A stretch of 64,000 nucleotides of DNA, from assembly GCF_964355755.1 (NCBI RefSeq), contig NC_092675.1:22974912-23038911 (forward strand). The letters run 5' to 3'. Of this stretch, positions 53,601-64,000 are shown one piece after another; positions within the stretch are counted from its first letter, which is position 1, and the number at the start of each line of letters is the position of its first letter. The DNA comes from Antedon mediterranea (lineage: Eukaryota > Animalia > Echinodermata). The notes beneath the pieces were generated by a model. That model saw only the letters and a list, made by a program, of their open reading frames with translations, had not been told where the DNA came from and ran no database searches. Both the position numbers and the translations under genes were made by a program.

Positions 53601-56600
53601 AAATATTTATAATGTAAGTTAGTAGTAGATGTGAAGTAGTCAAAGGGTCTATTTATAAATCACAGCTCAGTACATTATAAATATAATCTGTATAAGCGAA
53701 AAGTATTGCACCAACCAAAATGATATATATGGTTCTCAAAATGTATTTAAGAAAGGTAATAAACCTGACAAGAGACAATTATGGTTTTGTTATCTCTCAC
53801 ACAGCATGTGCAGCTTCTGTGTCAGTTAAATTTGCTAGGGCGAGGTGACAATAATTACAATAGAGAAGCTGAACAAGCAAAAATGTTTCTAAATGAACTA
53901 GCAATGCTTGGAGGTCTGACTGCAGCAGAAGGGTCTGAAGATGAAGGAACATCTAAACAAGCAGGCCAGTCCACATCTGCTTTTGTAGCTTGCAACCTAC
54001 AAGGAGCGTTGGAGATTGTGAATAACTGGAAAGAAGGTGATGATGAATCGGACAATGCAGAAACAACACCCTCGAAAAGTACAAAGAAACAAGGAGATAG
54101 TAGTAGTTGTAGCACGGAAAGACATTATAATTCAAAGCATGTTCCAAAACATGCTAAGATCATTCTGATGAGCAGTATTGTGTTTATGTATCCGGAGTTG
54201 CTGCCTCATCATGGCTTGCGCTTTCAATCATCCAGCAAGCCCACGTTTGTTGACTCAGAAGACCAGTATGTACTCCTACAATTTTTGATCTATAAAATAG
54301 TGATAACTGCAGTTGGTCTTTAAGTTGCCATCTTTTTATATAGTGCCAAACCATGAGTAAATCTAGGCCAAATAAGGATGTCTTTTAAATGGGAATCCGT
54401 AAATATTTATTGACTTAAGTAAAATACTTAAGTGAAATATTATTATTATTACTTATGTCTGATTGGTGAACAGTCACAGTATTTTAAAGTTTTTCATCGT
54501 GCATGTCGCTTTTTTTGTCGATTTTGTAGCATGATTTGATTGTTCTAGGAATAACATGGTGCATTTACACACCTATAACTGCATAATGTTTCTGTATTTT
54601 TTTTTCTAGTTTGATTGTATTGGGTTTGCACCAATTTGACCAGTATTCAACTAAATTTAGACTTATTCAAAAACACTTGATTCCAGGAAAAACAGTAAAA
54701 CAGATTCAGGCAAGGATAAAGAACTTTAGCACCAAGAAGAAGCGTGATAATATCATAAAGGTACAATCAATTTATTTATTTGAAATAATATAATAATTGT
54801 ATATATTTATTTCCCTCAAAATACATAAAATGACAAAATATATAAAAACGATATACAGGAAAAGGGCAGACAACTGAGAAACAAGTTCCAATTACCTAAA
54901 AGGCTCATCTCTGATTTTCTTACAGAACTATAGGAAGCATAAGATTATACCACTAAGTTTCAATCCATGTAGACCAGTTTTACCAGGTCAAGAGGTCGCT
55001 CCAATATTCCAATTTCAAGATCAATTACCTGATTGGATGAAGGTAAGAATTGCTACCATCTAAATTGATTTAGATTTGATTGGAGTATGTATTATTTACA
55101 TTTAACTGAAAGAGTAGGAACTATAAACTTCATATGAAATGCTATGAATTGCACATGTATGTGAAATAATTTCATTGAAATAATTTTGCTAATTCTTATT
55201 CGATTAGAATCTAAAAATGAGCAGTTTGATGAAATTAGAACGAGACGCAGAAAAAGAAAGAAAAACGGAAGAAAGAACAAGAAAAGCTGTACTTGCTTCT
55301 GTCAATGAATCTACTGTTGAAAAAATAGAAATATGTAAATTAAAGAAGAAAAATAAGAATGTGAACACCTTCTTACCAACAAGTTGTCCAGTTGCTCTTG
55401 TGCAGACCGTTAATGGACAACAAATTATCAAATTATTACCAAACCAACTTTTACCAAACAATCCTGTAACTTTACCAACCGTCATCAATGTATTACCGCA
55501 ACCTACGGTTTTTGGTAGCACACAAAATGTGACTGTTGGTCAAATACCACAACCAGTAACAGTGGTTCCCAGAGTTTGTGTACCAACATCTAACATTTCT
55601 GTACAAAATGGTAGTACAATGCAAACAAATATAGTAACTGTGAAACCAGTAATTGAGAAGAGTACTACAAATGTTGTATCAAACCAACTGGTAACTGCTA
55701 CATCTAGTCCAGCATTGTCAAGTGTAACCACACCGGTGACAACCACTTCCATTGTGACCCTCCAAACGCATCCAGCTTCTCAAAGAACTAATTCTGTAAT
55801 TACTACTCCTGTATGTTCTCAACCTACAGTTATAATGATTCCACAAAGCACACCACAGAGAAATTTTGTTTTAGTTAAAGACAATTCATTAAATAATGAT
55901 ACAAATAAAACTGATGGGTCAGTCAACGAAGCTAGTTCTTCCAATGTGTCAATAGTTCCATCCAAATCGGAAATTATTCAGCTGAGTCCAGGAAAGCATG
56001 GACAGGTAATTAAATTTGGAGGAAGACAGTCTTTGGCCAAGGATGCTAATAAGAAATCAGATACCAATATTGTGCCGTCTTGTCTTAATAAAGGTACTGC
56101 TGGAGGAATATCAGCACTCAAAGGATTTCAAATTCATCAAAATAATACAGATTTACCAAAAGCAGAGCAAGGGATGAAACCAGAGATAAGGAATACTTCT
56201 CCACAAGCCATCACGGCATCTGAAGATTTAGTCTCTGCTATTCAAACGTCAGAAGATGGCCAATGTTCTCCATCTCCTCCTCAGTCATTTCATCAGATGC
56301 CAACTGATAAACATTCTCACCCTGTTGATGTCACAGATTGTCAACTAGAAATTAAAAATAACCATTCTGAAAAATCTTCAGATATGTTGTCAATGAAACC
56401 AGTTGTTGATTCTGATGAGAATAGACAAAAGCAAATGAAAACAAATCCAGATGTTAGTATTGACTCTGGAATACCCATTGATGATGAATCAACCACCAAC
56501 GACGATTATGAAGAGGATGACATTGATGTTGAAGGTGTGACTGCTGATGATGAGGATCAAGCTGAAGAGGATAAAGAAATAGAACTTGATGAAGATGATT

Positions 56601-59600
56601 TTGAGCTGGATGTTGTCAATGCTCCTGATTCAAAGTCATATAAAGAACTAATAACAGATGAGATGACTAGCCCAGATAAATCTCTAGATCCTGGTAACAT
56701 TGATGACAACAGTAATGATGAAGGGACTTCTACAGACGCAGTCTCAGGTTTGATGTCTGAAGAACAGATAAAAGCATCAAGAAAGGTAGCTGCAAAGAGG
56801 TTAAAGAGCAGACTTCGCAAGGAAATGGAATCAACTGTTGTTCTGCTCGATCCAGAAATTGTAAAAAATGATCCTAAGGTATATACAAAATACATTTTAA
56901 TGAAATGATATGCTAATAAAAAAATATTGAATGAGGAGAAATTATTATGAGTTGAAATATTGACTGTTCTGTTGAATATAATGCTGTACAGTCTTCCAAT
57001 GAAAATATTCTCTCTATTCAAGGAATTCAAGATATTAAATATTTGAAGTGAATTTAATTAGTCCATCCTAATTGTATGTCCATTGTATTACCATGGTAAA
57101 AAGTACGACAATACACTGTATAACACAATGTAGCAGACTATTGCTTAAATCTGTTTTAGTTATAGGGAATAGATATTAATTATTTTTACAAAAGATGACT
57201 AAATAGTTCGTTGACTGCTTGAATATTGATTGGTGCTTAGTAAGTTGATTGCATGATGATAATGTTACATTAAATAATGACTTTCATATTTTTTTTTGTC
57301 AGAAAGCTGAGCGAGATGATTTGTTTGCAACATCGTATCTGAGCCGAGTTAAGGTATTGATTTAAATGCTATATCAAAACATCATTTTTTTTAAATGCAT
57401 TGAAATGCATACAATGTATTTATGTCTTTAACTATGATTCCACATTCAATATAAAAATCATGTTGCAGAAGATGGTTAATTTTAATTTATGAATTTTATA
57501 CAAACTACAGTATTGTATATGAAGACAGATATAACTTTTCTGTTCTTTTTCTGTTTCACTAACATTATTTTCTACAGAACACCTATAAAGACCATCCTAT
57601 TAAATATATTGAATTTTTAAATGTTTTGGCTGAGATTGAGTCAAATGAACAACATATAGCACATGTAAGTACCATAAAACCCTGTTTGGTTACGCTTTAA
57701 TCTTTTGTTTGAGCACTGAGTTTGGTTAGCATAAATCTATTGCTGTTTTTTTTTTGGTTCCTTTTTTCAAGTGCTTTTAGTCTAAAGCTCTGTCTATAAT
57801 ATCAAACCAGTTTGACCAAAAATATACCCAATATAGTTGTAATATGACATCATGTCCATATATGGGCACATCACATTTTTTTGTCACATAACGTTTGATA
57901 GTATAGACAGAGCTTTAGAAATTGGTAACTGGCAAAGCACAGAAAAGTGATGTTGGATCATGTTGGTAAGCCTACTGATAATAAGAATTGATTGTTTTAT
58001 TTAGCATTGTTTTATTTCAACATCTTTTATACAGGATAACAGAACAGAGATAAGATAACAAAGATGCAATCATAACATTCTTAAAATGACACAATATGCC
58101 AAATGGTTCCCTGTTTGGTTTTAACAAAAGAGATTTATCGTGATTGATTTTTTTTCTTTAGGTAATAATACTGCATAAATTGTTATTTTTATTGATTTTT
58201 TGTTAAAGTGTTATGAAAAGCTAAAGAATGTATTGCATGGACATGATGAGTTAATTGAAGACTTCACTGCCTTTCTTGATCCAACCCAAGCAATGAAGTG
58301 TGGTGTGGTAAGTAAGGATTATTAAGTAATCACCTACAGTACTGTAAGATTTTAATATGATGAAGAGAGCCATGATCAAGGTTCGAAAAATACATGAAAG
58401 CTGTACAATGTTTTATATGCAGGTGTTTGTGAATTTTATGTTGTTCAATGTTTTGTCGAGATGATAGAGCTGGGAGTTGTAGTTTACTGATTATTTTACT
58501 TTATAGTTTTATTTATACACTTAAACTTTAAACAACTAAACATGGTTGTTATCAAATGACTTTGAATATAAAAAAACTCCGTAATTATATGTAAAAATTC
58601 ATCTTTTTTATGCTAATTTTTTTTTCTGTTAAGCTAATGTCGTACTTGGAGTTTTCCAAAGCCAAGCTTTTTCTTCGTGAAGTAGAGGTACATTTTCAGA
58701 AGCAGCCTGGCCACTTCCAGAAGATTTTGAAAGCTATTGTTACATGGGGGGATACAGAGAACAGAACATACCAACAGGTCAATAGTAATAACCTTTTTAA
58801 TTTTAAATCTGTTAAGACACTAAAATCATTTTTTTAATTTATTTGAGTTGCACAAGAGATTTACATTGATGGTTATAAATGGAAGGTGATTTCAACCCAA
58901 TGGTGCTTGACAGATTTCAGAATGAATAAAAAGAGCAGCCATTTCAGAGAGAAGACCTTTTTTGTGATGGGAAATAGAATGATATTAAATGAAGATTGGT
59001 AGAGTAGATATTTCGTAAATGATACACTGTTTAATTTTAAGCCAGTAGTGAAGAACAGATTATTCAAGTAATATTTTTATTTCATCTTGTCTTTATATAG
59101 CTGGTTCTGATACCTAAGGCCAATGTCATTCACAGCAGTTGTAAAATTAATTGTATCTCAGTTTTATTTATAAAGTGGCTAATGACATCCCACGCTTTGT
59201 TTAACTGTTGAAAACAAACATATTCTTTTTTGTTATCTCTTGTGGTTCACCACCACCCTTATTCATTCAATGTTTTAATACATAATTTCTATCTAACATT
59301 TTCTATCTTTTTTCATTATTTTCTGTTTTTCCCTCATTAATATCATAATTTTAACTTTATTATCATACCATTAGTAAACATTAGCATTCATTTAGGTTTT
59401 TTATTAAGCATTAATACAAAGTATTTACTTCAATACCATTCTTTTCTTTTGTGTTAAATCCTCTAATTACAATAACCGATTGTATATTATAAAATACTTA
59501 ACTACATTAAAATCTCTTCCTAATCTACCTTTGTTCAAATCTAACCTAAAAAAGAGAAACTAATAAAACAAACAAACAAACAAACTACATACATCAAATG

Positions 59601-62600
59601 CATTGTTTGGTGTACAAACATATACTGTAATGTTAAGCATATACACTTTAATTTGTTATTCTAGTTAAAAGATGTTCTGTTGCCATTACTAAAGGGTCAG
59701 CCTCATTTGGAGCAAGAGTTAAGTAGTCTATTTCCATATGATAAACCAGCAGAGACATTGATGCCTGATTTTGAGATGGCAGAATGGAGTGAAGACAAAG
59801 AGGTTTGTAATTTTAATTGCAAGTATATTGTGTATAGATTATGCAAAATAATTCGGCGATAGGCAGACACAATGCAAACATTTTTTTCTTGAATACATAC
59901 CATAGTTGTCTCAGTTTGTTCATAGTTTGTTCTCGTCCTCTTTCTATTCCCATTTCTTTCCTCTTTAATAAATCTCTTCAAACCGGTAAATTTCCTTCCG
60001 TTTGGAAACGTTCCAATATTGTTCCTATTCATAAGGGGGGAACCAAGAAATTGATTTCTAACTATAGACCTATCTCTCTGTTGCCTACCATTTCTAAATT
60101 GTTTGAAAAAATTGTTTTTAACCATATTTCGACTCATGTTTCTCTTGCCATTGCTTCCTGTCAGCATGGCTTTGTAACTGGTAGGTCATGTGAAACAAAC
60201 CTTGCCACCCTGTTGACCACAGTTTACGAAGCCATTGATGACAGGAAGCAATGTGATATTATTTACACTGACTTTTCTAAGGCGTTTGATCTTGTTCCTC
60301 ATAATTTACTCTTATTAAAATTACAACGTTTTGGTTTTCATAATGATTTTATCTCCTGGTTTCGTAGTTATCTTAATGGTAGGTTCCAGAGAGTGGTCAT
60401 TGAGGGTATATCCTCTGAATGGCTTCCTATTCAGTCCGGTGTCCCTCAGGGATCGATTCTTGGTCCTCTCCTTTTCAATCTTTTTGTCAATGATATCCCA
60501 AAACTCTTCACCCACTCCAGATGTCTTATGTTTGCTGATGATGTTAAGCTATACAGAATTATTGGTAGTGTTGAGGATGCCGACAGGCTTCAGGTGGATT
60601 TGGACAAGCTATGTTATTGGGCTGCTTTATGGGGAATGTCCCTCAATCCAGTAAAGTGCAATATTTTAACTATTACTTTGAAAAAGAACATTTTATTTTA
60701 TAATTATTTAATTAATGACAATCCCATTAATAGGGTGCAATCGCAAAAAGATCTTGGTGTTTTTATTGATAGTTCCTTTTGTTTTTCCTTTCATATTGAT
60801 TATCTTGTTGGCAAGTGCAATAGACTGCTTGGGCTGATGTGGCGTAATTGTAAACATTTTGACAGGCAAACCAAAATCCACCTTTATTATTCAATTATCC
60901 ATCCCATTCTCAACTTCAGTTCTGTTATTTTTAATTCTATTTCGAAAACTCAGTCTACGCGCATTCAGCGTCTGCATAACCGTTTTTTACGCTACATCAG
61001 CCACAACCAGAATCCTGACTTTCATTTCCATGTCCGATCTCCTGAGTCTCGTAGAACCTTTTTTGATCTTGTTTTTTTGTATAAATGTATTAATTCTTTA
61101 TTTGACTGTAACTTAGTTAGCAATTTTTATCTTAGAGTCCCTAGTCGTCGTCTTAGAAGAAATACTACTTTTCATATTCCTTTTAGTAGAGTAAATGTTT
61201 TAAAAAATGGTTTTATTAGTAGATTAAGTCAAACTTACAATTCTTTTACTTTAAGAAACCCTGAGTTAGATATTTTTAGTAATAATTTCCGTAAGTTTCG
61301 TAACATTGTTAGTAGTTTAGTTTAATGTTTGTTATTGTATATGTACGTGTTTGTCTGTGTTCCCTCCTGTAAGTGGTGAACCATGAGCTCACTGTTGGTT
61401 GGGAAATGAATAAATAAAAAAAATAAATAAATAAATTAAAAGATAGTTCATGAAACATGATGGTAAAAACCCTTATATTGTTCCATTTTCTTTTAGTATG
61501 ACAAAATGAAAAGTTTTCAAATGCAATATTTCTATTTTGTCGCTAGATTTCATGTGCCCCATTTTTTTGAACTATAAATACTGTAATTCTACTTGTACTT
61601 TAACTATGTTCTAGTTGCATGTGTTATGTGTTATCAATAAATTGTGTAATACATGTAGATTTATTTTATATTTACATTTAAAGTTTGATGGATTTGAGGA
61701 GGTTGAATTACCCGACAGTGAAGATGAGGAGAAGCACCTTAAAGGCAAAATACATCCAGGAAAGGTCAGTTGACTAATTGTCTTTCACATATAATATAAT
61801 AAATGTGCTTTTTGATAATTTGATAAATCCTGTAATTGCTATGTCATTCACTGTTAGATATTTGCAAAACAAATTAAACTAAAATGTATTTAAACTGCTT
61901 TGACAGGTTGATACTGTTGACCCTTGGCAAACATTGAATGCAGAGCTTCAGTATGGAACCAAAAGATGTCGTTGTAGTTGTCATGATCGCTCATTGGATA
62001 CAAGAGTTCAGAAAAAAACAAGGCACTGCGCATATTGTGCTGCAAAGGTTTAATATATTGTTTAGTGTGCTTATTTCCAAAGACACAGTAGGCCATTTAT
62101 TGTACCTTGGTTTTAAAACAATTTTTAAAATTGACCCTCTTTCGATCCCATAGATGTCAAACCTATTCTTTTGTCATTGTTAGTTTTTCAATAAACATTT
62201 ATAATGATAATCTACAGTTGTATTGTAACATTTCAACAATCAATGTTTATGGTGCTGTGAAATGTGGACAAAAAAACATTCCATCCTTCCAATACAACAT
62301 TCAACAATTTTTTATTTTTTTTTATTTCATTTATTACTTTTAATAAAGCTCCTTACATCAAAAATATATCTAAATTATATAAAAATATAAAACAGTATAG
62401 TATACAAATCATTATAACATTAAAAATACATAAATAAAATATTCAAATGTTTCAAATAAACTATTATTGGCTTCAGGTATCAAGAGCAGAATTGACTAGC
62501 TCTTTCCGAGGTATTGCATCTGTCAGACGTCGTGCATCAACGAGCACCAGAATAAAAGTCTCAAAATCCCAGAAAGGAAGTGAACACATTGAAGTAAATG

Positions 62601-63780
62601 ACAATGATGAAGATCATGATGATGGAACCCCATACAGTGCTGCTGTAAGCAACTTATCCGAGATGTGTAGCAATCTAGCAGACTATCTCAATGAAAATGC
62701 ATGTGGAGAGAGTGAAGAGATGGAAGAAGATGCTGTGGAAACAGAAGAGGAAGATATCGAAGAGATGGAGATGGATGATGATGAAGCTGATGAAGAGGTA
62801 CAGAAGTTGATTGGTGATGGCCTTGTTGTAGAGGATGATCCAGAGTTGATAACTGGTGCTGATACAACATCCAGTAACTCACCAGATGCTGAGATGTCAA
62901 GTCAAGAAAGTAAAGGAAGTAGTGAATCTGAAGACAGTAACATTGGATCTCCTGAGTACAAAAGTCCTTTATCAAATTCTTTCGAAGTTCAGGATAACGA
63001 TAGAAGTGAAGATAATTCACCAATTGGATATTCTTCAGAAGACAATAGAACAGAATCCATAGATAACGCATTTATTGCCCACGACACACAAGAAAGACAT
63101 TTTGAACAAATTGGTAAAATTGTTGATACCTGTAGTAATAGTTTTCCTTTAGAAATGAATACAAAGCTTATATCAATTAATGAACCTTGTAAAAATCTTC
63201 CTACTGTTGAAAAGATATGCATAGAATCTGATAGTTCAACAGACACTGAAGGAGAAAGTAGATGTTCAGAACAAAATTCAAGGACTGATAGTATGCATTG
63301 TTTATCATCTAATGAAGCTTCGTTGAACTCTGATATTAGGAATAGCAATGTTGTAAGCAATTATAGTAGTAATGTTTCTTCTATTGCTAAAGATGTTACA
63401 GAACAGATTAAGCAACCCGATTCCTTTCAGGAGGATGACAAGCATGATAAATTAAAAGAGACATCAAACAAGGAGTTAATTCAAAAGAAGGATGAAGAAC
63501 TACAAATCTGTGATATGAAATCATCAGGTGACAAAGAATTGAGAGGATCAACAGAACAAAGCATAGAAAAAGACAATAATACATCAAAATGTTTACCAGA
63601 AGATAAAGACTTTAATAAAGCTGAAACAAGTTATTTACAGGATCATAAAGACACCAGTAGCTCAATAATAGAAACAACTGGACAAAACAGTATGCCTCAT
63701 GATAGTAAATCAAAGAGCAAGATATCTGCCGATAATGTTACACAGAAAATAGATGGCAGTATCGTTGTCTCCTGGACAAG
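47652..63780 (+). CDS. GON4L: GON-4-like protein (YY1AP1-like region, Myb-like, two PAH domains; C-terminal SANT/Myb exon lies beyond the window)
   Basis: Exons 47652-48425, 49381-49515, 49743-49796, 49902-50021, 50576-50914, 51661-51829, 52018-52140, 52461-52501, 53231-53431, 53805-54265, 54610-54760, 54926-55042, 55208-56878, 57303-57353, 57578-57664, 58209-58307, 58634-58777, 59665-59802, 61684-61764, 61907-62047, 62477-63780; phases consistent. Motifs: NLTAINVKSILHHVITNEHV, EPKMTRSKLKEVV, IAKRTRSK..APDITADMYD, RTDRAVRV, LQQQMQQHVQLL, DFTAFL, FDGFEEVELPD, CRCSCH..CAYC, VSWTR. Confidence 0.95.
48746..49314. mobile_element. Kolobok-like MITE (TTAA TSD)
   Basis: TTAA|AGCTCAGGTACAGGC..AATTTC ... 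GAAATT..GCCCGCACCTGGCCT|TTAA: imperfect TIR with AG..CT termini. Confidence 0.65.
51003..51312 (+). mobile_element. tRNA-derived SINE with Deu/Nin-like domain (near full length)
   Basis: A box TGGCCAAGCGG, B box GGTTCAAGCC, core TTAAAGAACCTAGTACATCTTTCAAGACAAGTAAGGGGTTACCCCGGTGT, (TAA)n tail. Confidence 0.8.
57786..57914. mobile_element. Harbinger-type MITE, inverted relative to the 40914 copy
   Basis: TAA|AGCTCTGTCTATAATATCAAAC ... GTTTGATAGTATAGACAGAGCT|TTA. Confidence 0.8.
59841..61325 (+). CDS. Non-LTR reverse transcriptase ORF (5'-truncated ORF2; the first ~28 codons are probably flanking intron)
   Basis: LFNKSLQTGKFPSVWK, NYRPISLLPTISKLFEK, QHGF, DFSKAFD, GVPQGSILGPLLF, FADD, LNPVKC, KDLGV; no stops or frameshifts; no endonuclease domain. 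Confidence 0.93.
   Translation: MQNNSAIGRHNANIFFLNTYHSCLSLFIVCSRPLSIPISFLFNKSLQTGKFPSVWKRSNIVPIHKGGTKKLISNYRPISLLPTISKLFEKIVFNHISTHVSLAIASCQHGFVTGRSCETNLATLLTTVYEAIDDRKQCDIIYTDFSKAFDLVPHNLLLLKLQRFGFHNDFISWFRSYLNGRFQRVVIEGISSEWLPIQSGVPQGSILGPLLFNLFVNDIPKLFTHSRCLMFADDVKLYRIIGSVEDADRLQVDLDKLCYWAALWGMSLNPVKCNILTITLKKNILFYNYLINDNPINRVQSQKDLGVFIDSSFCFSFHIDYLVGKCNRLLGLMWRNCKHFDRQTKIHLYYSIIHPILNFSSVIFNSISKTQSTRIQRLHNRFLRYISHNQNPDFHFHVRSPESRRTFFDLVFLYKCINSLFDCNLVSNFYLRVPSRRLRRNTTFHIPFSRVNVLKNGFISRLSQTYNSFTLRNPELDIFSNNFRKFRNIVSSLV
59922..61435 (+). mobile_element. 5'-truncated CR1-clade (T1/Q-like) LINE, sense orientation in a GON4L intron
   Basis: RT ORF, short 3'UTR with stem-loop (TTCCCTCC..GGTTGGGAA, ~61360-61405) and (TAAA)n tail ~61408-61435; lies between exons ending 59802 and starting 61684. 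The 5' boundary is approximate. Confidence 0.85.
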
Positions 63781-64000
63781 GTATTTACTCAACATTTAAT
63801 TGTTTATCTTCATTGTGTTAAATACTTATATAAACAAAATTCATCAGATAATAATATACACACAGACAGACAACAAATAATTATTTAATTGTTGAATAAG
63901 AAATTGTATAGTGCCTTTTTCGATCATATACTACTACTTTGATATTATTGGTAGACAATTTAGCCTGAAGATACTGTAGTCCGGAAGAGTTATTTATACC

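Noticed and set aside
55217-56908. 563-aa ORF (and the 450-aa ORF at 62447) as stand-alone genes
   Set aside because: Both are large internal GON4L exons bounded by in-phase splice sites.
59703-61116. Alternative-frame and antisense ORFs overlapping the RT
   Set aside because: Short, with no motifs; explained by the codon bias of the RT frame.
59665-61325. GON4L-RT in-frame fusion (domesticated RT)
   Set aside because: Read-through from the exon stops at 59862, and the nearby AG sites (59914, 59925) are out of frame with the RT from a phase-0 donor.

Overview
AT-rich, intron-rich animal genomic DNA; gene content and repeat types suggest an invertebrate deuterostome, possibly an echinoderm (inference). 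Four spliced genes were assembled by hand with consistent GT-AG phases: a PDZD2/IL16-family multi-PDZ gene (minus, 28678 to beyond position 1, including a >3.4 kb exon absent from the ORF track), POLR3G/RPC7 (plus, 33403-37986), LYSMD3-like (minus, 44073-42536) and GON4L (plus, 47652 to beyond the window end). They form two head-to-head pairs. Introns contain a 5'-truncated CR1-type LINE with an open RT frame, two non-autonomous Helitrons, a nested pair of 8-bp-TSD DNA elements, Harbinger/pogo/Kolobok-type MITEs and Deu/Nin-domain SINEs. One SINE has a 5S rRNA + tRNA + Deu composite structure and lies inside the Pol III subunit gene. The most unusual signal is a layer of apparent transposon excision scars: (i) 23-41 bp CAT(A/G)GA hairpins with 7-bp target duplications, (ii) strongly enriched, chained TA-C(A/T)G-TA words, and (iii) TA-GGCC/GGC/GCC/GC-TA chains concentrated just downstream of each predicted first exon. 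Coordinates and counts were read by eye and no database searches were run.
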